From assembly GCF_000372725.1 (NCBI RefSeq), contig NW_005202428.1:2593791-2657790 (forward strand): DNA of 64,000 bases, written 5' to 3'. The notes below the pieces were generated by a model, which made no database searches, was not told where the DNA came from, and saw only the letters and a program-made list of their open reading frames with translations. This document shows, piece by piece, positions 31,469 to 42,300 of this stretch; the first letter of the stretch is position 1; every line of letters starts with the position of its first letter. The translations under genes and the position numbers were made by a program. Origin of the DNA: Emiliania huxleyi CCMP1516. Taxonomy: Eukaryota.

Positions 31469-33688
31469 GCTGTGTCGGGAGGGCCACGAGGATCCCAAAC
31501 GTGAGCTGTAGTGTGCAGCATGTTTTGGCTTTTGACTCTTTTGGTTTTGCTTCGATTTTCCGCGTCCCGGTGTTGCGGGTTGGTGCGGGAGCGGTTGGAT
31601 GCTCCATATTTTACTGACGGCTCTGCCATATGACATATGTGAGAGCTTGCATTCGTGTGCATACTGGTGCGCCGCCGGCGCCACGATGGCAAACCGGTGT
31701 AGAGCGAAGTCGCCTCTATTTGTCACTCGCCATGCGCGTCCTTGGCTGACCCTCCAAAACTCCCTCCCCGCCGTTCGCGGCTCGGCTTGCGTATGCGGGT
31801 GGGAGCTTCGAGGACATGCAGGCGTCCCACCCCCTCCGGCCATCCCCCCGGCTCCCAAGCGCGCGGCCGCGACGCGCTGCGCACCCTCTTCCGCGCTGCA
31901 CCCGCTCTTGGCACGGCCGTCGTCCGCCGAGATCACCTCCTCTTCGCGCCGCAGGTGCACAACCAAGGGCTGGCCACCTCCGTATCCATCATGATGAAGC
32001 CAATGGGCCAAAATCGGACTCCGCTCCCCGCCCAGGTGGCCGGAGGGTACACCTCGGGTCGGCGTGCTGGGGGGGGCGCCGGTGCGCAAGCCCACTTTCC
32101 GGGCGACCCCGAGGGGGAGGAGGCCGGGCGAGTGGCAGCAATTCACTGTTAGTGTCCCGGGCCGCTGCGGTACCGTTTATACGGCCCCTCGTGACGTCTT
32201 TCCGATTTTGCATTGTGAGTCGTCCTCTGGCCAGCCGAGGGGCACCAGAACGGCATGTGTACTGGTGCTGGGTGCGGGTGCGGAACGGGCTTTTTTTAAC
32301 TCGCAACCAAGCATACTATACAAGGACACCCTCGGGGGGGACACTCGGCGCATGTGCGACGCGTCAGGGTGGAGTTGGCGGTGGCCGAGCGTCGTCTCCA
32401 GATCGACTCGCAGCGCGGAGTCGAGGGGTGAAGCGCGTCGCGCTGCGACACTCGAGAGCCGGCTGGATGCCGTAGGGCGCAGCCGACTTTGATGTCCTCG
32501 AAGGTCCGGTGCGCATTCGTCCTCTGAGACCCACGCGTACAGGAAAGGGGCGAGAACGAGGCCTTTTGAGGCGGACATTTTGGGGCGCGCATCCGCAAGC
32601 GCGTTCCACACAGTGGCAGCCGCCTATCTCGTGAGGGGCGTGGTTTGGGGCGGGTAGCTCCGGCCCAACCAATCCGGCCGCCGACGGGAGGGCGAGCAAA
32701 AGGGAGAGCACGCGCATGAGCCAAAATGTGCCCGTCGTCGCGGTATTGAACGTTCTCTACGACCCTCTCACCCGGTGTCGACCCGCGGCGCCCCTCCGCG
32801 GGGCGGCCCCGGTCGAACGGTGGGGCAGCGTGTACTCTGGTCACACGACCACAGCCCTTGGTGCTTGGAGATACCAACGCGCTATCCCAACACTGCTGCA
32901 CTGGCTGCTGTGCTGCCGCACTGGCTGCTGTTGCACCTGAGCCGCGAAGGCAAGCCGTGCGACCGCGGCCGCAGGAGCAGGCGGACATCGCGCTTCCAGC
33001 ACACGTGAGAATATCGCCGCTAAGATGGCCCATCTCGAGTACGTCGTCGGCAGCGCGGATGCTCGCCCGCACGGCCCGCCGTCGGTCGTGGTCTCGTCTT
33101 ATTCTGGCGAGTAGAGGCCCCGCCCACCCAGGGTACCCCTCTCGAGGGCTCGCCGGGGCTCTGCTCCAAGAGACCTCGAGAGAGCGTGCGTGTGCCTCTA
33201 CTCGCCAGCGTCTTATTTCTGTGTCAGTGCCAAAAAAGAAAGAAAACAGACAACCCAAGGGAGGGATGGGAGGACCGTGGTAGCAGGTTATTTTTTCTTT
33301 CGGGTCGGGTCGGGTTGGGGCGGGGTTGCTCGGCCTCGGGTCGGGGTGGGGCGGGGTTGTGGGCTAAAATAACAAACCCTATCTCACCGGTTATCGATGG
33401 AAACATCCGAGAGAATTCTTCGTGGCTTTGTGAGGAAAAAAGGTAAGCCTCCCGATCATTTTACTCCCCTTGGCGAACCGTGTTCCCAATTTGAAATGGT
33501 CCGCCACCCGCCAAGATCCATACGTACTCTTCCTGTATTCCTGCAACGGGCTCGCCGCATTTAAAAACTTTGTGAATAACACTTGTTTCAGCTACCAGGC
33601 GCCGCTCCCATTTAACCTTTTTGGGGACTGCTTATCTCAGACCCTTTGCCCCCCTTTCCTTTTCCTGGCCAACCTCTTGCTTCAAAAA

Positions 33689-33788
33689 NNNNNNNNNNNN
33701 NNNNNNNNNNNNNNNNNNNNNNNNNNNNNNNNNNNNNNNNNNNNNNNNNNNNNNNNNNNNNNNNNNNNNNNNNNNNNNNNNNNNNNNN
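33689..33788. other. Assembly gap (100 N) with low-quality flanks
   Basis: Run of n; composition shifts abruptly either side. Confidence 1.
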
Positions 33789-33929
33789 GGGCGGGTTCGG
33801 GTTTTTAATGGTCGGAAGCCCTCAGTAGGCGCCCGATTTAGGCCAGTGGGTCCTCCTTGGCTTCCACAGAGTTTCGAGTTCGGGCGGGGGAGGCTCTCCC
33901 AGGGAGCGGGAAAAGGGGGGGGGGGGCGA

Positions 33930-36288
33930 GGCGGAACGGACCAGGGAGCTGAGCCGGCGCGCTCTTTGCTGCAGCGCGACGATCTTGGTGGCCTTTGCGA
34001 CGCGCTTGAGGGCGGCGAGGGTGGGCACGATGAGCTCCGGGAAGGAGACGTCATACGCGAGTCCGTGCAGGTGCTCGGCGAGCAGGAAGAGCGCCTGCCC
34101 GCGCCGCGCGGCGTGAGGAGGAGGCAGCCGGGAGGCGGGGCCCTCCTGTGCCGGGCGGGTGGCGCCTGCTGGACCATGCTCTCCTGGTAGACCCACTTGT
34201 CGGCGTCCGCCTTGGACACCTTGATGAGCACGGCCCAGTCGGGCGGCTTGTCGCGCGGCGCCTTCTTCGGCGGCTTCGCGAGCTGCGCGAAGCGGAAGGT
34301 CTCGAGCAGCAGCGGCGCGACGGGCACAAAGACGCCCAGCTCCGCAGCGAGGTTGTTGAGCATGCGCACGCACTGGAAGCGGAGGGGCGCGTACCGGATG
34401 TTTGGCAGCAGCCGCGCGGTGCCGAGGCAGATCTGGACGAGCGGGTACGCCAGCTGGCGCAGCGGCGAGTCCGCCGGCTTGGCGAGAGCGCACAGGGCCT
34501 GCGCCCAGAGCCGGAGGCAGTTGACGTACTGCCACGAGTAGACTTGGCGCGTGGCGGCCTCGCTCGTCTTTTGGATGGCGTTGCGCAAGTGGATGGCGAG
34601 CTGGCGGATGTAGACAAACGCCTGGAGGGGGGAAGGAGCGGGGGGGACGGGCGACGGGTGCGGCGAGGGAGGCGGCGGTGTGGTGTGTGGGTGTGCGTGC
34701 GTGGGGGGCCGGGCGTGGGTGGCGGTGGGCTCTTGTGCCGCTCACATGCTGGTAGGCTGCGGCGGGGTCGGCGCCGCACAAGTCGACGAGGCAGGAGGAG
34801 AGAAGCACGACGCGCGCGAGGCGAGGCCGCGTCATCGCCTTGGCGCCGCGAGCGTACGCGAGGTAGAGCCCCTTGAGCGCCTGTAGAGAGGCTCCGAGAC
34901 GGCTCCGAGACGGCTCTGAGACAGCTCCGAGAGGGGTCCCCTCGAGCACCTCGTCGAACATGCCTCCCTCGGTGGCGAGCTGGCGCACGGCGGCGTACGA
35001 CACGAGCGAGCAGCCCTGCCCGCCCGCCTCGGGCGCCGCCCACGCGCGGAGCAGCGCACGCAGCGCCTTGGGGCGCAGCCGTGGGAAGGGCAGCAGGAAG
35101 GGCACGAGGCGGTGCAGCTGGCCGAGCGCCACCGACAGCATCTCGGAGCCGCGCTCCGCCGACGAGGCGAGCCGGTCGACAAAGACGACCAGGTTGGTCA
35201 GGTATGACTTGACCAGCGGCTGCAGAGCACGCCTACAGCAAGGCTCCGAGAAGGCTCCGAGAAGGCTCCGGCTCTCGACTCGGCCAACCAGGTGGGGGAG
35301 AGACGTGCCAGTGTGGGAGCGCGTCCACGCGCACGGCCTTGCCCGCTTTCTTCCCCTCCCGCGTCGCCTTGCTGCTGCCCTTGCGCCCCGCCGGCGCCGC
35401 GCCCCCCTCGAGGTGCGCCCTCAGCACCGCGTCCATCTGGCCGATCGAGAAGCGCATCACCGCGTTGAAGGCGTGCGACGAGGCGAACACCATGTCGGAG
35501 CTGCCCTCGCTCTCGTCGTCGCCGAAGCGGACCGCGGCGCGGAAGGCCGCCACCAGCTGCTTGAGCGAGGCGCGGTGCGTCTTCCCGCCCGACACCGCCT
35601 CCACCCACCCCTCGACGCGAGGCACCGTGAGCTCGACCGCCGCCGTGCGCGGCTGCGGCTTGCGCGGCTGCGCGGCAGCCTCAGCGCCCTCCTCCTCCTC
35701 CTCGTCGTCCTCCTCCTCCCCGCCCTCGTCCTCGTCCTCCTCGTCCTCGTCCTCGTCCTCGTCCTCCTCCTCCTCGCCATCGTCCTCCTCCAGCTCCTCC
35801 GAATCCGCGTCCTCCTCCTCCTCCGCCTCGCTGTCCTCCTCCTCCTCGTCCTCGTCCTCAAAGTTTAGCAGGCTCTTGTCCGTCTGCTGCAGGTACTTGA
35901 AGAAGGCCGGATCCGACTTCTCGAGCGCCTCGAGCTGCGACTTGTGCGACGACTTTTGCGACGACGAGCCTGCACCCTTGCTCCCCGCCTTGGAGCCACG
36001 CGCCGCCTTTGCAGCCGGCGGAGGCGGCGCGACCTCCGTCTCCTCCTCCTCGGCCGAGTCGTCGCCCATGTACTGCTCGAAGCCGCCGTCCAAGAAGGTG
36101 TCCGCGTCCATCTCCTCAGCGTCCTCTGCAGAGCGCAGCAGCACGTCGCCCGGCCCCGCAGCGTCGGCCTCCACCTTGCGGATGGAGCGGTGGAGGCGGT
36201 CCGCCTTGGACTTCTTGATCCGAGCGACCTGCTTCTGGTTCGAGATGGCCACGCCGAGGCGCTTCTTCTGCTGGAGCTTGGTGGGCAT
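33930..36288 (-). CDS. NOC2: Nucleolar complex protein 2 (Noc2/NOC2L), spliced; 3' end lost at the gap
   Basis: HKSQLEALEKSDPAFFKYLQQTDKSLLNF, acidic tract, FVYIRQLAIHLRNA, VYSWQYVNCLRLW, LAYPLVQI, YAPLRFQC, SFPELIVP. Confidence 0.93.
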
Positions 36289-36375
36289 TGGGAGGGCTGA
36301 GTGCGGGCCAACAGAGAGCGGCCAACAAGCTCCGGGGGGCGGCGACGTCTCCGCCAGGTGGTTTTTTTCGGTGTA

Positions 36376-36856
36376 CAGTGGGTTGCGGGCATTAAGAAAA
36401 CAGGATTGCGCGGCACGCCGCCGTTTCTAAGCCTTTCCACAGCCCTCATCCACCCCACGCCGTGGTTTCTTAGCTCCGGGCGGGGCACTCAATCAAGCCA
36501 GAGCGCCGGCCCGAAGGATTTTTAGGTAAGAAGAGTGTTAAAGCTCGGTCCGCGAGGGCGATGCCAAGAGTCTGCCGCCGAGTCGGCTCTCTGGATGAGG
36601 GGAAGACGCACACACGCCTCCATCCACTGACCACTCCACTCAGAACACCGCAGACTTGAAAAGTGACAAGTGCGCTGCCGCAGGCCCAGGCGAAGAGAAA
36701 TTTTGAGCTGCAGCTGGGGCTCCGGACCCGTTCACACTCGTGTCTGGCCTTTTCTCGGGGCCGCGCCTGCGGCGCCCCGTGGTTTCTTAGATTTTTGCGG
36801 AAATCGCTTGGTAGGGTTTCTTAATGCGACGTTTTCTTAATGCCCGCAACCCACTG
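36376..36856. mobile_element. Tc1/mariner-type MITE, 481 bp, TA target duplication
   Basis: Perfect 26-bp TIR CAGTGGGTTGCGGGCATTAAGAAAAC; TA at 36374-36375 and 36857-36858. Confidence 0.92.
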
Positions 36857-37194
36857 TATTGTCTTACGTCATTTTTCGCCTTTGATTTTTCTTCGTGTTG
36901 CACGAAGAACAAACGGAGAAACCAGGCTGCAAACATTTACGCAGTGACGCAAGGGAGTCTAGGCGACGGTGGCGTCCTCCGACGCCGCGGCGAGCCTGAG
37001 CTCGGTCGCAATCTGATCCGCCGCCGCGAGCTGCAGCGCGACTGACATACCCGAAGGTGAACCTATGAGGGTTCCGGATGTTTCCGTGCTTTTCTTCTTT
37101 CTGTTCTCTCACAAGAGAAAAACAACCAGAGCACCCGCGCCGGGCCGCGCCCTGCATCTCGAACCGCTGACGCCCGCGTCAAACAGAGGCGAAG

Positions 37195-38124
37195 ATGGAT
37201 CAATCCAACCTCTCCGCCTACGAGCTCGAGCGGCTCGAAAACATGAGGCGCAACGCGGCGCACCTCGCGAGCCTCGGCCTCGACGACGCGAGCAGCGCCC
37301 CGGCACGCTCCCGCGGCGGCGCCTCCTCCCGCAAGCGGCCCGCCGCGCCTCGCCCGCTGCCCACGGCCCAAGCGGTGCGCCGCTCGTCGCGGCAGCGCGT
37401 AGCGGTGACGCCATACACGGACGCCACGCCGCTGCCCGACGCACGCCGCGCGCCGCCGCCGTCGTCCGCCAGTCACGCGGAGCCGGTTGGCTACGGAGAG
37501 CCCACCGCGCTCGACGCCGCCGGAGCGGCCGCGATGCGGAGCGCGCTCGAGTCGCGCGAGCCCGCGGAGCGCGGCTCGACGCGCGGCGTCCGCGTCGACG
37601 TGCCGGCGCTGCTGCGCGGCGGCCTCGGCGAGCACGTAGCCGGGCCGTCGACAAAGGCGTCGGTGGTGGCGCTCCTGGCGGGCGCAGGGGGGAGCGGGCG
37701 GCAGATGCCTCGCTTCTCAAAGTACGCGGGCGGGCTCGAGTGGGAGAACGCGGTGAGTCTCTTCATCAACATTGGCGGCAGCGACTACAACAACACCTTC
37801 TCGCACGGCGGGCGGCGCGTCAGCTGGTTTGGAGGCAGCAAGATGCACCTCGACACGCCCCTCGTGCAGCGCCTGCTCACCGGCGCCGAGGCCGAGGAGG
37901 AGGGCGGGGAGGGCGGGGAGGGCGCCGCCACGGTGCTCCTGTTTTGCCGCGAGGTGGGGCGCGAGACGGGCGCGTACGTGTGCTGCGGCCGGCTGCGGTA
38001 CGTGCAGCACTGGCAGGTGCACCCGCTCAAGTTCGAGTGGGACCTGCTCGACTTTGACGAGCTGGCCGCCTCCAAGCCGCCCTTCAAGGCGCTGATGAGG
38101 CTCGCGCGGCCGTCGACGAAGTAA
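37195..38124 (+). CDS. Putative nuclear protein with C-terminal DUF3427/SRA-like domain
   Basis: N-terminal LSAYELERLENMRRNAAHLASLGL helix and basic patch. C-terminal LFINI..DYNNTF..VSWFG..LLFCRE..YVCCGRL..PLKFEWDL. Intronless. Confidence 0.55.
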   Translation: MDQSNLSAYELERLENMRRNAAHLASLGLDDASSAPARSRGGASSRKRPAAPRPLPTAQAVRRSSRQRVAVTPYTDATPLPDARRAPPPSSASHAEPVGYGEPTALDAAGAAAMRSALESREPAERGSTRGVRVDVPALLRGGLGEHVAGPSTKASVVALLAGAGGSGRQMPRFSKYAGGLEWENAVSLFINIGGSDYNNTFSHGGRRVSWFGGSKMHLDTPLVQRLLTGAEAEEEGGEGGEGAATVLLFCREVGRETGAYVCCGRLRYVQHWQVHPLKFEWDLLDFDELAASKPPFKALMRLARPSTK

Positions 38125-39381
38125 CTCGGAGGGGACACCCTCTCGCAGTGCTCACACCGCCCTCGGCTCTAGCGATCGCAGCGCCGCGGGTGTCGACGGC
38201 TCCGGCCATGCAGACGAAGCGTATAGTGTAAGGTAAGGTAAGGTACGTAAACGTCTCAGACGGAGCGGACACGCGTCGGTGCGGCCGCAGGAGAGGAGCG
38301 GGGCGGCTGTAGTGGCTGTCGGCACGCCGCTCTGGCTTCTGGCTAGTGTTCGTCCATTTCACTGCTGCGTGCTGGCGCACACAGACAGCTCGCGTTAGCC
38401 GTTACAAAACCTTGATTTTGACCATTTGCGCACTGTTGTACCTCCCCAGGACGCGCAGAGGCAGCTGCGACCCCGCCGAGTGGACGGGCGCACACCGCGC
38501 CATGGCGTGAAGGAAATGTCCATGACTCTCATCATGTCATGCCATGACCGAAAATGTGGGAGTCGGCACACTAGAGGGAGCGGACCCTGAGTTGAGGAAA
38601 TCGGGGGACGCGACCCACTTCGCCACAGACGGTCCCGCGCCTCGCCGCTGCTATGACGGGTAGACGACCGCGGCTCGTGTGCGTCTACCCGTCTTTGTCC
38701 GGAGTGAAAAGTCCAACGCGCTCGTCGGTGACGGCGTCCCCCGATTTCGCCGCGCTCGGCGAACCTCGACAGCGCTTTCGGTGGCATGCAGCTCTTTGCG
38801 CCTGAAGCCTGGAGAGCAGCTCCTCTGCTGCTCATACGCTCTGCACAGTTGGCACAGCCTACTGTGCGGCTGCCACAGCTGTGACAGCGATGGGCTCGCC
38901 CTCACTGGCCCTCAGTCACTCGTGCTGCGGCTTGTGTGAGCGACACTGCTCGGCGACTGCCGGCACACTGTGAGACCATGGGTGTGAGGTAAAACCACGC
39001 TACCAGCGCTTGGTCACATCAGCCCTGAGGTCATATCCTTCTCCTCTGTTGATGGTAACACTTGTCTACTCGCTGGAGCCGAGCAGGAGGGCTTGGCGCA
39101 CAACCCCTGTTCAACTCAGGGTCCGCACCCCGTATACTCACATAGAGCCGTACGCTATACACATGTCACATCACACTTCTCTCACACACACACTGTCTCA
39201 CTGTGCGAGCGGCAGCGGGAGGAGGTGCACATATATGTCATATATGCGCTTCCAGGATCTTGCACCTGGCCCGAAGGCTGACGAGACAAGCGCGTCCGTG
39301 CAGAAAAGATTTTGTCAGACTCGCAAGGGCGGGTAAACACCAGCTCGTCATTCGAACTGCTGCAGCGACGCTGAATTCCTC

Positions 39382-42300
39382 TCAATGCTCAACGCCCGCG
39401 GCGGCGGCCGGACCCCTCCCCACCCCGCTCCTCTGCGAGCCTGGCGAGTCAGCCGGCGAAGCGGTGAAGTGGCCAGCTGCGGTCGCTCCCGGCGGCGGGG
39501 TCTCAGGCAGGTCCTTCATCTGCGTCCACGTCATCGTCGCCTCGGCCTCGCGCCGCCGCCGCCGCTGCGCGCGGAGCGCCCCGCCGACGGCGACAAAGGC
39601 GGAGAGCATGGCGACAGACGCGGCGGGCGCGCCGAGGCCGAGGCCGCCGTCGCCGCGGCGCGCGCCGCGGCCGTTGGGCAGCAGGCTGGCCGGCGGTGGC
39701 GGTTGCCGATCGCGGTCGCACTTGCCGCCGCTACCGCCGTGCCGCGCGATGACTGCGGCGCCGTCTGACGCTGCGCCGTGGAAGCAGACGCAGAGCGGTG
39801 CGGAGGAGAAAGAGAGCCCGTCGTGCGAGAGGGCGAGCAGCACGGGAGCGCAGCCGTCGCTCGCGACAGACGAGGGGGCCGCGACGGCGACCAGCAGCCG
39901 CCGCTGCTCCTCCTCGTCCGAGACGACCTCGACCCTCCCGTCCGCGAGCAGCTCAAAGTCGGTCGGCAGCGCGAGGGCGAAGGGGGCGCGCACCGGGAGC
40001 AGGAAGGTCGCCGAAGCGTTCGCGCGCAGCGCCACCGCCCCGCCCGCAACCACGTCGTCCGGGTCGAGCTCAGGCGGAGGCAGCGCCGCCGACTCGCACG
40101 CCGCGCCGCGGAACCCCGGCTCACAGACACAGCGGCCCGCGTGGCAGCGGCCGCGTTCGCTACAAGCGGGGTCGCAAGCCGGCGGCGGCGGCGGGAGGGG
40201 CGCTGCTGCGGCGGCGGGGTCGACCACGGCGAGGCGGCCCGAGGCAGAGAGCCCGAGGATCTCCGGCTCGAGGCTGCAAGACGCCTTCACGGGCGGGAGC
40301 ACAAAGGAGCCGCGCGTGACGGCCACCGCCTCGAAGCTGACCGAGTGGGTGCCGGCGCTCACCCACGAGGCGGAGAAGGTGACGCGGTCGGGGCGCGTCT
40401 CGCGGCTGAAGGCGGTGCAGCGCCACCACCAGCAGCCCGAGCCCCACGCGGCGTACAGGGGCACCACGCCGCCGCCGCCGCGGCTGCTGCGGGAGGCGCC
40501 GAGCCCGCCGTCGGCGTTTGGGTCGACCGCCTCGAGGCCTGCGGGCAACCACGCGTCGACGAGCAAGTTGTGCAGCGCGTCGACCGACGACAACTGCACC
40601 GTCACTGTCACAATGGCGCCGAGCGGCACCGAAGCGAGCGGAGGCCCCACCGGCCCGTCCAAGCCCGCGTCGTGCCTGCGGATGACGCGCTCCACGCGGA
40701 GGCCGCGGCTGACGGGCTCTTCGAAGAGGTCGAATGGCACAAAATCGACCGCGAGGGCAAAGGAGACCTCGCCGTGGCCCGAGGAGAGCACGAGGAACGG
40801 CGGCGGCGAAGGCGGCAGCGCCGCCCAAGCCAGCGCGAGGGGCGGCGGCGGTGGCGCGGCGGTGGTCACCTTGAGCGTTGGGGCGGCGGAGGCGGAGGCG
40901 GGGCCTAGCGGGCCCGGCAGCCGCTTTGCGCCAACGAAGGCCGTGATGGCCACCGATGCGTCCGTGGAGGAGGTTGCGGTGTCGTAGTCTCCCAGCGCAA
41001 GCGCCACGAGGGGCAGCGCGCCTCCGTGCGAAGAATAGGCGGCGAGGCCGTTGGCCAACTTGTCAATGTTGGCAGTCACCTCTCCCGGCACGGTGGCCCC
41101 GCGCGTTGCGGCGGCGCGCGCGGCGGCGAAGGCGGCGAGCGCGTAGGAGGAGGCGGCGGCGCCCGCGTCGTTGGCCGAGCCCGAGGCGGCGGCCAGGTAG
41201 GCGGAGCGGCCACGCACGCGCAGCGACGAGGCGAGGTAGCGCAGCACGGCGAGGGCAGCGTCGGGGAGGTCCACCGGGGCGAAGCCAGGCGCGTCGGCGC
41301 CGGGCGAGCCGGGCAGGAGCATCGCCAAGGCGAATGCGGCCTTGCCCGAGGCGGAGAGGCTGTCCACCGACGACGCGAGGCGCTCGGTGGAGAGAGCGGC
41401 GGCGGTGACGGGGTCGTTCGGCTGCCACTCAGTGCCGAGAGCGAGGCGCGCGAGGGCGAGGCTCGAAAAGTCGCTCCACTCGTGTCCGCGCGCGGCGGCC
41501 TGCGCCACCTCGGCCTCGAGGCAGCCGGCGAGCGCCTTGGTCCAGGAGGCGCGCAGGGCGGCGAGGGCGGGCAGGGCCCGCAGCCTGCCTGCCAGGGCGA
41601 GCTTGCGCAGCAGGAAGAGCCCGAGGGCGGTGAGCTGCGTGTTGCAGGTGCGGTGCTCCGCCGCGTAGCTCGCCGCAGAAGGCCCGTTGTGCAGCCCGTA
41701 CTGGTTGCTCAGCTGCTCGAGCGGGGCTGCGGCGGACTCCACAGCGAGGGCGGCGGCGGCGCCGAGCGACGGCACAGACCTGCCCGCGGCGTAGGGCAGC
41801 AGCGCGGCGTGCGCTCCGACGAGGCCCAAGCAGGCGCTGGCGCCGTCGATCGCGTCGGGCGGGCTCGGATCGGCCGCCCGGAGCAAGGCGCTGGCAATGG
41901 CCTCGACTGCGGGCAGCCGGCCGGCGCCGAACGTGGCGGTGAGGCTGCCGGAGCCTGGGACCGCGCGCGGCAACGAGATGCCCTCGCGCCAGAGGCTGGG
42001 CGCAGCGGTGGCGACGAGCGCGCGCGAGGTGGCGAGTTGGACGGGCGGCTGCTGCCCGAGGATGGGAAGCTTGAGCTCGAGCGCATCGGCGGGAGCGCCG
42101 CTGGCGCTGACACGCGCGGTGAGGACGGCGGAGCCGATTGCGACGGCACGCATCTCAAAGGCGACCTCGACCGTCTGCGAGGGGGCGAGCGACAGCGTGC
42201 GATTCGTCTCGAGCAGCGAGAGTGGCGCCGGCTGCGACGTGGCCGGCGCGAGGCCGAGCGTGACTGTGGCAGCGGTCCCGGCGGGCAGGTCGGGGGCCGC

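Noticed and set aside
31470..33230. Possible gene(s), including a signal-peptide-like ORF 32364-32717 (-)
   Set aside because: Frames are short and broken with no recognisable domain; at most a decayed gene or repeat.
33280..33930. AT-richer segment suggesting foreign DNA
   Set aside because: It flanks the N gap and looks like low-quality read ends.
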